A stretch of 64,000 nt of DNA from Botryllus schlosseri (taxonomy: Eukaryota), in NCBI GenBank assembly GCA_051294905.1, contig CM119372.1, forward strand, positions 30,630,001-30,694,000. The letters run 5' to 3'. Shown here in pieces: positions 51,298 through 64,000 of this stretch. A program made the translations under genes and the position numbers. Every line of letters begins with the position of its first letter. Position 1 is the stretch's first letter. The notes under the pieces are model-generated. The model searched no databases and was not told the DNA's origin. It was given only the letters and a program-made list of their open reading frames with translations.

Positions 51298-52314
51298 CTA
51301 GTACTGCATTTCCATGTACAAATGAAGTGTGCTCTTGAACTGCAATTTCATCACTTTACAGCAGAGGTGTCAAACTCAACTTGCGTCGCGGGCCGGATTC
51401 AAACCTCCAGAGCACTCGCGGGCCGGATCAGTCAAATGCTACCAGAATGTTACCTCGAAATTAATTCCCTTGTTTTTCACTTGAATACTAATACATAATA
51501 ATAAATATGGTATATCACGAACCGCAGGGTTCTATTCTATCAACACTTTTACTTGCGAACAATGGATTTGGCAAAATTACGATGATTGGCCGATTGAATG
51601 GTTAGATAAACAAGTGGCGGCTCGTGAGAATATCGGGTGGTGGGGCTGGGGCTGCAAGCGACTTTTTATTAAGATGACGTCACAATGGCGTTTTCCAACG
51701 TAAACAAGTAACTTGATGATGGTACGGTAACATGAATTTCCCGACAATAGTGATTTTAACGTATGTGGCGCGAGAGGTTTGCCGGTGAGCTGTGACTTGA
51801 AGTGTGGTAACTGCGTAAACGGCGTTCGGAACGAAGATTCAACTCGGTGCATGTTCGCACTTGACCTGACTAATTATCTGTAGAAATGGAAATGACTAGA
51901 ACTCGAGAGATTGCGTAAACCCAACTGGAAAGGTCAACGAGTTCGGACACATACGCAATTGTTATCTCATAGACTGGGCCTGTCATATTGAATCCAAAAC
52001 ATCATTCTGAAGAACTATGGATAGCAGCCTCGGAAATTCGGTCTCGGAAATTCGGTCTGCGAAATCGCCTTTGGAAAATATATTACCGAATAAATACGTG
52101 GAAGAAAGCCGTAAACTTAGTACACTGTTACATGACATCATCGAGAAGTAGCCTCATGACCCTTTTCGGTATGGTACACTGTCAAAATTAATACGAACAG
52201 ACCAACACCGAATTTTGCGTAGAATTTACTGAGGTATATAGGCTGATCAAATGATCAGCTGTTAGCCGCCATCGAAAACGAAATAGCTATCGCGCTTGAC
52301 ATGAGGTTGTAAGC

Positions 52315-53542
52315 CAGGGGTTCTCAAAGGGTGGGCCATGGCCCACTGGTGGGCCACAGGAGCATTTGAGGTGGGCCACAAAGGTATTTAGAAAATTTTA
52401 GAATTAATGTAAGTTTAGTTTTATCTGTTATGCTAATCGCTAAAAATATATTCATATAATCGAATTATACGTAGGCTACATAAAGCTTTTCATCCGACTC
52501 TGATGAGACGTAGTGGCACGTATAGAGTCACAATGTACGCGTCCAAAACGGCGGCTTTTTCCACTGGCTATGACAACCTACGGCTAACAGCAACTAAAAT
52601 AATTTCGAGTATACAATAACTGGAAGGTAATGCTGAAGTAACCAAGCAATCCGGCAGGGGCTCATGTCGTATGCCGTTGAAAGGTGTGTGCAATAAACTC
52701 GGAATGAAGTGTAATTGATGTATAAATTTACTGTACTTATAGGCAAGTCGTATTATTGTAGGATAAAAATAGCCATAATTGCAAATTATTAGCAACTTCT
52801 GGTGGAGGTATACTGCACCACCGAAACGAATCGTAATGGATTGAGGATTTAGCGGAGCGCATTAATCTTTGGAGTCGGTTTAAAATGTCCGTCCTGACAT
52901 TATTGTACGTAATGCAAGAGTCACATGAATTGATTGTATCACTGGATTGAATATTCTAACATCGTAACTTCAATTGGTTTGGTACAAGATGTGGTATTGA
53001 ATGCATATTAAAATATCTTTCTCCACTTCTCTGTATAGTACCCCATTCACCAATGAATTGTTTGAAGCTGACCCAGAATGATTATATTATTCCCCACAAT
53101 AGTGGAACTAAAATCCCAATTACACAGTGGATGCGTGGATTTGATTATTATCTTTCGCTACGCGAATGGAGCAGCGGACGAGCTCATAATATACACGGGA
53201 GTTTTAGCCTATATGATCTACCAAGGCCGTAACTGCTGCACCCAAACTCCCAATTGCGGGACCTCAAAGGGGCCCAAGATTATTTTGTTGGTCGTTTTTT
53301 GGAGGATATTTATTCGACTTAAAAATTTTCGTCGCGCTTCGCGCGATTTCATGGGCCGAAAGGTCTACATTTAATGATCATCAGTAAATTAAGAGAAAAA
53401 TGCGCACATTTTACAGAAATAGGCATATCGGCGCCGTCGATTACCAAGCATTGAACAGGATTATGACTCCAAGATAAGTGGGCCACAGCACATTTTCAAA
53501 CCGGAAAATGGGCCACGGTCAAGAAAGGGCTGAGAACCCCTG
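52315..53542 (+). mobile_element. 1.2-kb hAT non-autonomous element (copy 1)
   Basis: CAGGGGTTCTCA / TGAGAACCCCTG; approximate TSD ttgtaagc / atgtaagc; inverted copy at 59068-60236. Confidence 0.85.
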
Positions 53543-54106
53543 TATGTAAGCAAATGGCTTGAATGCCACAATTTCACGGTGAAATTGACATTGGAGAATA
53601 TAAAATAAAAGTAAATATTTGAATGCAAACCGAGAATGTTAGTAAACTGTTTCATGATATCATCATCTCATCACCTATCTCAGTATGGAACACAGTTAAC
53701 GTTAGCACAGATACACCGGCTTTTGCGTGAAATCCGCAATGCGTTAGGTAGGCCAAAGTGTCAGATCAGCGCACCGCACATCTCTACCATACTCGACCTT
53801 GATAATGAAATTACTGCCCTAATCATTGAGTGTCAACCTTGAGACTTGGCACAGCGTTCGATACTAAAATCAAGACATACCGTGCAAAAGCTCATGGCGG
53901 ATCTAGGTAATAAGGAGCATCGTTAAAATCGATAGAGACCAATACCGGCTTTGCGTAAAATCTGTTAGCGATAAATGACGAGTCAGCTCTCACTCGACTT
54001 AGGAAACGAAATTACCACTAACACAGTTCAGTGACAAACTTAAAACTTGGTACAGCGTTCGATACTAACATTAAGACTTACCGTTCCAAACTGGGCTTTG
54101 GAGCAG

Positions 54107-56135
54107 CAATATGGAATCGTAGTATGGGGAAATGCATGTACAACATTTTTGTGCAGAATTCGAACCCTGCAAAACCGTGCGATATAGGGTTGGATTATCC
54201 GGATAACGGTTAACCGGTTAACCGGTTAACCGCAGGTATTTTCACTATCTGATATCCGGATATTTTTCTGCCGGTTAACCGGATAAAAAAGAATCGTTGC
54301 TAATGCATTTTACACGTTTTAGTAAGCTTCAATAAGTCGTATTCAGTGTTGGCACGGCCGATTAACGAGAAGCGTGTTGCCAATTAGCGAGATGCGTCTG
54401 TACACATTGCACAATGTAATGTGACGCGATCTCCTGCTGAGAAGATCGTTAAATTAGGTCATTGATTGCCACGCGCTCGGCTATCGTCTCTGGCCTGATT
54501 TATCGCGTCTTCAACAAGCCGATAGTTCCACTGGATTGAAGAATCGCATCTGCAATAGCCATGTGCAGTGTACACACTATTCCATCGCTGGCCTGCACAA
54601 TCGCATCTTCATTGGCTTGGTGCTCACGATATTATCGTTGACCTGCACAATCGCATCTGCAATAGGCCTACAAACGATATAATCGCTGGCCTAACCATCT
54701 CGGACCCAGCACGCATTGGCTCCTATCTCTCGATGGCTTGTTGACGATATGCCGTTAAGTGTATTCTAATTAGTGATTCTGAGAGTGACACCGCGAAACT
54801 GAATGACATCGAATGTTCGCGAAAATGTGCGTGCGTGCAAGCGTAATTGATTTCCGCTGATGATTAATTCGAAAAAAAAATCGAAACCCCCTGATTTTAT
54901 TTCAGTCCCCCTACATTTTCGGCTGGCTGCGTGCCTGATCACGTGAATTAGAGCGAGGTATGATGTCGGCATCAATTCCAGTATCAGCTAGTCGTCCTTC
55001 TAGTACTCTAAACCTAAACATAAGGATGGTCAAAAGGATGCAAAGCCGTTGAAGTTTCCGGCGTACGACCTGCCAACTTTTTGACTCTCTACGAAGCGCT
55101 GCTTTCTATTCAGCCCACTTATGTGGAAGCTGAAAAAGCATTCAATGAACGTGGACTCTTTGTTACAAAATTCCGGTCCCGGCTACAGGATCCCACAATT
55201 GATGCATCTGTGCTTTATAAAGAGGGCATTGCAGAAGCAGTGAACATTAAATTTGCGTGGTTTTTCTCGTATTCACTCATACTGCGCGCGTAGGTAGGTA
55301 CTTAACAATAACACTGTGTAATGATTTTGCGATCCGTTTTACATGCAGACCTAATGAAATCGATTGTCTCACTTAGCAGTTATTATCCGGTTAACCGGTT
55401 AGATAAATTCCAAAATATCCGGATATATCCGTTATCCGGATAGTGAAAATTATTGATATCCGAACTAACCCTAGACTGCGATACGGCTGATCTCATATGT
55501 ACCTTTACGTACCAATTTATCGCCTTACTACCGTAAGCATCGAATTTTGCGAGTTGATGAACTGTATCGCTTCGAAGTATCAAAAGTTGTTCACAAATAT
55601 TTTTCCAATAGTCTCCCTCCTGTGTTTGATGACTTTTTCATACCTGCTAAACATGTCCATTCCCATTACACGAGATCTTCGTCTAAAGGAAACGTCTACT
55701 TACCCCAACCCAATAGCAACCTAACTAAGAGATCTATCGACTACTCGGGACCTATCATCTGGAATGCATTACCATCACATATCCGTGAATTGCCTTATAA
55801 TAGATTCAAAAAAGCCCTACTTGATCACCTCTTGTCGTTACACTAACACTGTTGCCCTACCTCGCCCAGACATTGCTTCATTGATCATTTGCTACCATTG
55901 TTTATTTTTTTTTTCTATTTTCCTTTCGTAACGAAACATTTTTTTACAGCCAGACTGTTCTGAGTCAAGTGTACCTGTTTGATGCTGGTGTGATCAGACT
56001 AGATGACCTTCACGGTCTTATCGATCATTCCTATCTAATACCGAATACTGTGCACGCATATTTTCTGTACCACCATCACTGCCGTTTGTTATGTATTTTG
56101 GTTCGATGAAAATAAAGACTCTCTCTCTCTCTCTC
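54107..56135 (+). mobile_element. 5'-truncated CR1/L2-group LINE (ORF2 C-terminus and 3' UTR), split by a hAT insertion
   Basis: QYGIVVWGNACTTFLCRIRTLQNRAI (54107-54184) joins RLISYVPLRTNLSPYYRKHRILRVDELY..HSHYTRS..SIDYSGPIIWNALP..RFKKALLDHLL* (55484-55846); AATAAA and a (CT)n tail at ~56111-56135. Confidence 0.88.
54185..55473 (+). mobile_element. hAT deletion derivative with transposase C-terminal remnant
   Basis: TAGGGTTGGATTATCCGG...CCGAACTAACCCTA; GGTTAACC/ATCCGG subterminal repeats; approximate TSD gtgcgata / ctgcgata; LLSIQPTYVEAEKAFNERGLFVTKFRSRL resembles hAT P-TS--AER-FS--G----K-RSRL. Confidence 0.85.
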
Positions 56136-57464
56136 CCGTAAATTTGCATTGCTCCAGCTCCGGCTCCGGAGCTTTTATCTCTCATAAATTAGCTCCGGCT
56201 CCAGCTCCGGAGCCGCATTATTACCACTGCTCCGGCTCCAGCTCCGGCTCCGGCTCTGAAAACTATCGAAGGTGTCTGTCTATATCAGGGGTAGGCAACC
56301 CGCGGCCTGCGGGCCATATGTGGCCCGCGAGAAGGTTTTGAGTAGCCCGCGAGCTGATTTCCCATTATATTATCGAAATTCTGTTATATTTTCGAAATTG
56401 AATTGCTCAGATTGTGATTTTGCATGGCCAACCAAAAATATAATTCGTATATCCGCGACACTTTGGGTGTTGATGACTAAACTGTCAGTTACGACGCATT
56501 GGCAGATCCAGGGTCCAGCAGTCACATTTTTAGTAAATCGTAGTACATTACAATAAACTAAAAATGTAGTAAAATGTTTCTTCACGCTTCGCGTGTTTAA
56601 ATGTCACGCGATTTCTTTCTCTGTATAGCCTACCCCCACCTGAAAATGAATAAACGCCTGATTTAGCCGATTGAGTCTAACTATATTAGCAATTATAGGA
56701 GAGAAAGTATATTCGCGTTTGCGCTCGCAGAAAGATCGTCGACGATGAATGTAGGCACAAAATGATTGTCGTATATTAGCAGCCCGATTAAAGAACAATC
56801 ACGAAAGAACGAGTATTTGCTCATCCGATTCATAGCAACGATGAGATGGAATTTTTCGGCTCGTGCTCGTCATGTCGACATGTGCAATGAAATCACGTTT
56901 TTATCCTCTCTCCCATTTCGCGTAATACATAGTGATCATTATTTTCGAACCGTATACAATTGGCCAACAAGGCTGTGCTGATGATGAAATTGCGGGTATG
57001 CCGAATACCCACAATATTCGCAGGCATATTTCGCATACCGAGGTTCGGCACAAATGTATCAAAATTGAAAATTGAACATACGACTGCTCTGCTGTTAAAT
57101 CTCCAGGAACATGGTTTTGGTTAGTCGGAAAAGGTAGCGCCAAAGAGGAAAATATTCTTAATTTCGCGAAGGCCTGCTGTTGAATTATGTGAACTCAGCA
57201 GATATGGTTGTTGCATATATAATGGCATCTTATGAAACAAGTCGGAGCCGGAGCTACCGCTCAAATAACTGGCTCCAGCTCCGGCTCCGGCTCCGGCTGA
57301 ATTTTATGTAGAGCTCCGGCTCCAGCTCCAGCTCCGGTAAAAATGTACGGCTCCGGGGCTCCGGCTCCGGGCTCCGGCTCCGGCTCCAAAGCCCTGGTTC
57401 CAAATGTCATGACCGATCTCGGTATGGAACATCATCAAAATCAATGGATACCAATACCGGCTTT

Positions 57465-57693
57465 AGAGGTGTCGGAGGTTTATTTGGGCTCCTCGTCGCC
57501 GATCCCGCTGTAAATACAGCGCCTTGATAAAGCCCAGAAAAAGAGAGAGCCGAACTCTGGAAAGATGGCAGCTAAAGACCAGAAAAACGAAGCAAGACCG
57601 CGAAAGACATTGTGTTAATGCAATTAATATGCTGGGCGCAAATGACCATATAGGCGATAAGCGCCAATGTTGTGAATAAAACAAACAAACAAA
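57465..57693 (+). mobile_element. 5'-truncated retroposon (SINE/LINE 3' end) with an (AAAC)n tail
   Basis: AATAAAACAAACAAACAAA tail; 9-bp TSD accggcttt (57456-57464, 57694-57702); related diverged piece at ~57775-57842. Confidence 0.7.
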
Positions 57694-57842
57694 ACCGGCT
57701 TTGGAGTAAAATCTGTTTGCGATACATGATGGATCAGCACACACTTAACTTCGGAAACGGAATTACTACCCTAAGTGTTGGAGGTTTACCTAGGCTCCTC
57801 CTCGCCACCTCATCCGCGTCAGCGGTGTCTTACAAAAGCCTA

Positions 57843-58017
57843 AAAATAGTACATTGAACGTTCTCTCATTCGAAATTTCATGCTGGTGACGTCATATTTT
57901 GTGATGCGATTGTTGATATACAATGTTCTTTCCAATTCTCTACTAGTTGCTGACGATTACCCCTGACGAGTGTCAGCCGAAAATATTCGGGTTCATTTCA
58001 ATATGAATATACTATTT
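57843..58017 (+). ncRNA. Hammerhead-repeat family copy 3, intact minimal type I hammerhead (57949-57994)
   Basis: Identical to copy 1 over the ribozyme: CTGACGA 57963-57969, GAAA 57979-57982, predicted cleavage after C57988; 9-bp direct repeat aaaagccta (57834-57842, 58018-58026). Confidence 0.8.
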
Positions 58018-59067
58018 AAAAGCCTAGAGGTGGGCCGTGCTATAAGTCGGCAGTTACGGAAAATAAGAAGAATAGCGGCCTGGTGTAAATGACCATAGTA
58101 GTCGACAAACACCATGAATACCCCAAAACAAACAAAATAAACCTAATCTTTAAGTATATAGAAACCCTGAAACGTGGGGCAGTGTTAAATACCATAATCA
58201 CGACATAACATAGCCTACCAAGTTTCAAGAATTATCATGGTGTGAAACACCATCAAAATCGACCTATACCAGCAAATGTTGACTAAACGCATATGACGGT
58301 AACCGAGTTCAGATATAGATACGATTGTTACATCACGCCTTAGGGGCGACAGGGCTATGTTGCCCCACTTGCTCGGTAATTTTATGAATAGGAGAGAGTA
58401 AATCACCGTTTCTTTATTGTGCGCGGCTTTGACAGAATAGACAGTAATAGCTTGTTATGAGCGCTACCGGGGCATGCCCCGGCTAGGCATTCGCAAAGCG
58501 AAAACACAGAAGAAAATTCTATTTTCGCAGAGACTTCGCTATATATGGGCATTTACAAGCGAAAGGACAAGAAGAATGCGATTTTCGCTGTGATTTCGGT
58601 ATATATAGATTGCTGTGCGTCTATAAATGGTAAACAAATGGTATTGAACAGAATTTTAGGTGGGGCAATGCCCCAGTTGCCCTATAGGACGAGCCGCCAC
58701 TGAGATAAACTGCTAAAACAGTGACTTTACTGACGCAGTAAGGTCGGCATAATGCTATGATTGATTGTTTGAGTGAGTGGTAATCTGATATCTTTGCCTA
58801 TGCATTGTGACGAAAACAAGCGACTAAAGGATACTCGAGACGTCGAAATTTGTTTCAATATTATTGTATCGCGATTTGGGTTTCTCTGAAGGCCGATTTT
58901 TGTGTCATAAATATATTCTCCATATAACCAGTATATACCGGTTTCTTACTGACGTTTTCAATTCTGCAAATAACTATTTTTGGTCCATAACACTGTGAAC
59001 TCACTGTGCACTTTTTGCCTTCCCGGAATTTGGTGTGGCAGCGACTTGTTACTAATGGTGACTAGAG

Positions 59068-60236
59068 CAGGGGTTCTCAGGCCTTTCTTGTCCGTGGCAC
59101 ATTTTCCGGTTTGAAAATGTGCTGTGGCCCACCTCTTATCTTAGAGTCATAATCCCGTTCAATGCGTGTTAATCGACGGCGCCGATATGCCTATTTCTCT
59201 AAAATATGCGCATTTTACTCTTAATTTACTGATGACGTTTAAATCTAGACTTCACGACGAAAATTGCCAGGTTAAATAAATATCCTCCAACAAACGACCA
59301 ACGAAATAATCTTGGGCCTCTTCGAGCTCCACCAATTTGGGGTTTGGGTGCGGCAGTTCCGACCCTGGTAGATCATTGACTAAATCTCCTGTGTATATTA
59401 TGATCGTCCGCTTCTCCATTCGCGTCGCGAAACACATTGATCAAATTCCCGCATCCACTATGTGTGATTGGGGTTTTAGTTCCACTATTGTGGGGAATAA
59501 TATAATCATTCTGTATCAGCTTAAAACAATTCATTAATGAGAAGTGGAGAAATAGGTTTTTAACATGTATGCTGTACAATGTACCGTACCGTATGTCTTG
59601 TACCAAACCAACTGAAGTTGCAAAGTCAGAATTTTCAATCCAATGATACAATCAATTCATGTGACTCTTACGTATGATTTCCAGGTCGGACATTTTAAAC
59701 CGACTCCAAAGATTAATGCGCTCCGTTATAAATCCTCAATCCAGTACGATTCGTTGCGGTGGTGCAGTATACCTTCACCAGAAGTTGCTTATAATTTGCA
59801 ATTATGGCTATTTTTATCTTACAATAATACGACCTGCCGAAGTACTGTAAATCCATACATCAATTACACCTCATTCCAAGTTTATTGCTCACCCCTTTCA
59901 ACGGCATATGACCGTGCCCGAGTAGGCTACTTGGTTACTTCAGCATTACCTTCCAGTTATATATACGCGAAATTGTTTTAGTTGCTGTTAGTCATAGGTT
60001 GACATAACCAGTGGATAAAGCCGCCGTTTGACCCTCCCGTTTTCTACTTGTACATGCTGACTCCATGTGCCACTACGTCTCAACAGAGTCGGATGAAAAG
60101 GTTTATGAATATATTTTTAGCGTTTAACATAACAAAAAACTTACATCAATTCAAAAATTCTATAAATAGCTTTGTGCCCCCCCTCAAATGCCTCTGTGGC
60201 CCACCAGTGGGCCATGGCCCACCCTTTGAGAACCTG
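59068..60236 (-). mobile_element. 1.2-kb hAT non-autonomous element (copy 2, inverted)
   Basis: Reverse-complement alignment to 52315-53542 along its length, with many substitutions. Confidence 0.85.
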
Positions 60237-61080
60237 AGACGTGCGGACCCGAAACGAGCAGAAAATTGTTAATTTTCAAAGTGACGTAACTTTTGACCCC
60301 GAAGTCCAATTTTCATAAAATAAAGTTCATCCTGTTTGGAATTAACTCATCTCTGCGTGTACCAAATTTCTGGAGATTTGAAGAGGTAGTAATGTGAACA
60401 ACATCGGTTGTCTGTGTATGGAATGGCCCCTCTCGTATCACGCTTCGATTATTTCCGAACAATGAATATGCAAATTGTGTGATTTCGGTAGAAAAATGTT
60501 CATAGTCTTGTCATTCATGAATATCGATATGAAATACCAATAGTAATGGAAGATTTCACAATTTTTGTTCACTCATCCTGACGACAGGTGAGGTAGGCCT
60601 ACTGCCTACCTTGCCTCCCGTGACCCGACATCACTGATGTATCACAGCTTAGAGTGGGTAAGCATATTTACTGCTGTAGTGACCATGTCTGGCTAAACGT
60701 ATGCATGTGATCATGGATTCTCACATTTAAAAGGAGCATCACGACGAACCTACGTTCTCGGAACTCAAGTTTCGCGTGCTTAAATAAAGCAACCAGCATG
60801 GTTAGTATGAGTTTTGACAGAAAAAATGTGGCGCTCGCGACGATGCTCGTGTAGTGAGTTCTTATATTAGTGCCATGATGACGTCGCGAATCTCAATTCA
60901 GTCAATTGTAACGTAACAGCTTTGATTGACATATATGGCTGTTTGGGAGTTAAAATGAAAAAAAAATAGGGCCAATAGGGCTGTTCGGACCAAAAAGTTC
61001 CCGACCCCTGCTCTAGCACCTCGCTTCAGAAAATGTCGGCATGGCGCTCTTCCCCGTATTATAAGGCTCGTAATTTAGAC

Positions 61081-62986
61081 CAGTGGTTCTCAATCGCCGG
61101 TGCCGGTCCGCGGCGACTTTTCTGCTGGTCCGCCAGTTATATTAAAATTATACCTTAATTTCAAGATGCAAGATGCTAGAGGCTTTGCCCTTGATAAAAT
61201 AAATAAAACTTCAAATTTTGAACTGATTCAGAACTTCATGAGGTAACATTAGGCCTCGAAGCATGTTCGATTTGAATTGAAGTTCAAGCCGTCGCTGGTG
61301 ACGAGATATACAAGCGGACTCGCTAAACCGCGCAGTTTACACCATCATCGTTTTCGATTCATTCATTTTGTGGATGACCAGGTATCGCTGTTGCTAGCTG
61401 TTTGCTCCTTTGAAAAGCTTATAAAAGCGCGGATTTCACAATATCGAAGGAGTCCGGTAGCCAGGGATCAGTATCGTCCACTTCAGCAACAGACATACGC
61501 ACATCGATCGGCGTAACGCTAGCTAGAAATGTACATCGCGCGTAGTGTGATGTAATTTTGAAATTTTCGAACAGTCTATTTAAATTAATGAAGTATAAAG
61601 CGGGCGCGTTTCGATCAAAAGTTGCATCTTTAAACGAACTAATAGCGAGTCCAGCTTCCTCAAAACGCATGTCACGATATTCCTTCGTTAAAACATATGA
61701 ACGAATTTGACGGTTCTCGCGTGGGCGAGAAACGTATTGACGCGGTTCAACAACTGAATTCGTACGAGCCGGGTCAAAGGTAGGCGGTGCATTCCGGGGA
61801 ATCTCGGCACTCGCGCCCCTTGCTGTCTCATCATTATCCTCGTCGTCTGTCTGAGCAACGACCCGATCTATTTCTACAATTGGGTTATCAACATTTTCAT
61901 TCCCATGATGTAGGCCTATATCGATTTGTTCATTATCACCGGATAGGCCGAATCCAGTAGGAGGTTCATCCCTGTGGTATCTGAGATCATAATTTTGAGC
62001 AATTTTTTTAGCCTCACTCGCATCTGAATCGCTATTGGTTGCCATAATAACAAAAACCGCAATAAATGTACGAGTATAGTTGAAATGGTGAATGGGCGAC
62101 ATTATATAACACGGAAAATTACACTCAAAGGTATGTGCGACTGCCAGCCGACAAACAAATCCAGAAATCGTGTAGAAGGAGTAAATACCGGATGTGTCTT
62201 GCTGTCCTGGTGTTTTCAGTGAATTCCCGTATCATCGCAAGTGAATGCTAAATCCGACGATGGAGCGGCATGGAGTCTTCCGTTTGAACTAAGTCCCTCA
62301 CTCGGGGCACCTTGCGGTGAGAGGAGCTGTCTGTCTGATAGTCTGGCAGTAACTGATACGAGCGCTCCTGAGTGAGATCTTGACTGGTAGACGACAATAT
62401 TGCCTTCTCCAGATATATTGTACGGATGGTTAGTAATTCAAGCAGTAGATTGTACAGGGTACATGAGTCTCGTATCTTATCTGAGTCAATAATACGATAT
62501 GCACAATGTGATATACCAGCGATATGTCACGTGATATAGCATTATACCATAACAGATAGGAGAGAAGGGAGCCAGGGCTCCCAAACGTCTATAGTGGTGG
62601 ACAAGGTGCTTGACCCTAATCCGAAACGCTTCTTCTCTCGATTTGTCGAAGAGAAAGGTATTATTAGAAATGGTGTGGCCGGTAAATCCTGGCCTTCCGC
62701 GCGACCGATAGTAATCGTCTCTCGGCGGTAGCAGGCTTATCTGGGCGAGGCAATTTTACCTGATTCAGCTGAAAAACTACCGTAAAATCACTCAGGCCTA
62801 CATACCACCATGAACATATTTAATTACAAACAAAGCTCTCGAAATGCCACTCTAGTACCATACTTGCAAATAAACGGTTGCATACTTTACATTTTGGGTT
62901 TATTTCAATTTTTGAAGGTCCACCGGCCGCTAAATAATTTTTGAGATGCCACCGATCCGTGAGGTGTAAAAGGTTGCAAACCACTG
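61081..62986. mobile_element. hAT element enclosing a Gypsy gag fragment
   Basis: CAGTGGTTCTCAA / TTGCAAACCACTG; perfect TSD atttagac (61073-61080, 62987-62994). Confidence 0.85.
61419..62102 (-). pseudogene. Gypsy gag-like ORF (N-terminal capsid-like domain), truncated
   Basis: TFDRNAPALYFINLNRLFENFKITSHYARCTFL...DSFDIVKSALL*AF resembles the Gypsy Gag motif PPFW--DP-LWF--E-QF---IT...Y--LK-AL---F; no pol follows. Confidence 0.6.
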
Positions 62987-63579
62987 ATTTAGACGACGAG
63001 CACTATTGAGAAGTTGGATCTGATACGGTGTCAACGCTTTGCGCGATTGGTACGCTATATGTTATTAATAACAAATATGGCAGATCGTAAAAATTCCAGT
63101 TCTATATATCAACTTGCTGGTATTTGAGAACTCTTGGTATGCTACTTACACTTAAAGTGCGGCAGTTTTGACGTGTTTTTGAATCTCTACTTCGACTTTT
63201 AATTGCATGAGTAGAAATTTATGGCGTTACCACTACTCGCCCGGCATATTTGATAGAGCTATTTCTTGTCGACTATATGGTAGTTGACCGACGTGGACGC
63301 GCGTGTGTTGGAGGCTACTGTACTATTATGCACTTTTGATACCGACGTAAAGTAGTCATTGACGTTTTCGGGGCAGTGACTGAAGTGGAACTGATACATG
63401 AACTTGGGAATTTCTAGTTTCCGGATATCTTTCATGTTTAGAGGACACCGAATCTTTTGAGCAGAGATTGGTGGTCACACATCCTGGCCCATTTGGGACA
63501 CTGGCTATGATACGGAGGAGATGATGTTACAGTTTTGTAGTCCAAGCTTTAGTGCGCCATAACACTGGCAGCCCCTGAC

Positions 63580-64000
63580 ACAGTGGTTCACAACCTTTTT
63601 CGTCTTGTGGCCCCTTGGCCGATATTTGAGCTGAAATCCCCCCCCCCCCTATGAAAAATTTGCCTGTGACTGAAGAAGGTGCTTTTAACGCACAACCATT
63701 TGTTGACTGAGCAATTACTGGACAATCGTATTCAGATATGTCGAATGCAGACCGCACTACACTGTGGTAAAGTACAGCTAAATTTGACCTGTCTTTTACC
63801 GGTCGGGTAGCCGCTGACGAAAAATAAGTTCGCTTGCTATGGCCTCGAGTCGAATCGATGAATTTGATATGCTTTTCACATTAGCTCATATGTTGACTTA
63901 AAAATGTAAACAATTTCACCAGCGGCCTTGTGCTGAATTCGGCTGGACTTTTTCCTGCTTAGTAGCAATTTAGTCGGGAGGCTGTCGCGGGCCCAACGAA
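63580..64000. mobile_element. hAT-type MITE running to the window end
   Basis: Starts CAGTGGTTCACAACC with GTGGCCCC; subterminal CGCGGGCC near 63987. Confidence 0.55.

Larger units (their letters stand above)
54091..57396. mobile_element. hAT MITE with GCTCCG/GCTCCA subterminal repeats, hosting nested insertions
   Basis: CTGGGCTTTGGAGC / GCTCCAAAGCCCTG; perfect TSD gttccaaa (54083-54090, 57397-57404). Confidence 0.85.

Noticed and set aside
52490..52560. CTGATGA suggesting another hammerhead
   Set aside because: No properly placed GAAA or helix III, and the homologous MITE copy (~60080) reads CTGTTGA.

Overview
Eukaryotic, transposon-rich invertebrate DNA; an ascidian or other marine deuterostome is my guess and cannot be proven from the window. 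Host genes: (i) a 17-coding-exon, ~758-aa Nanchung/OCR-type TRPV channel on + (15302-49268), reconstructed by hand with all splice phases consistent and one GC-AG intron; (ii) a spinster/SPNS MFS transporter with an uninterrupted CDS, nested antisense in the 17.6-kb second intron of that TRPV gene; (iii) SF3A1 with an uninterrupted CDS on -; (iv) the last exon of a Harbinger-transposase-derived gene whose catalytic triad looks altered. The rest is mobile DNA: decayed Gypsy elements, a 2.4-kb palindrome built from two hATm 3' ends, a Foldback-like element with a 9-bp TSD, many hAT and other MITEs including three stacked at one 8-bp target site, tRNA-derived SINEs and a CR1/L2-like LINE sharing their 3' motif. 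The most notable hidden signal is a small TSD-flanked, probably retroposed repeat (3 copies) carrying a minimal type I hammerhead ribozyme fold with a 1-bp helix II, a loop II pseudoknot and a palindromic helix III. Two copies are intact; the copy lying in sense inside a TRPV intron has lost its catalytic core.
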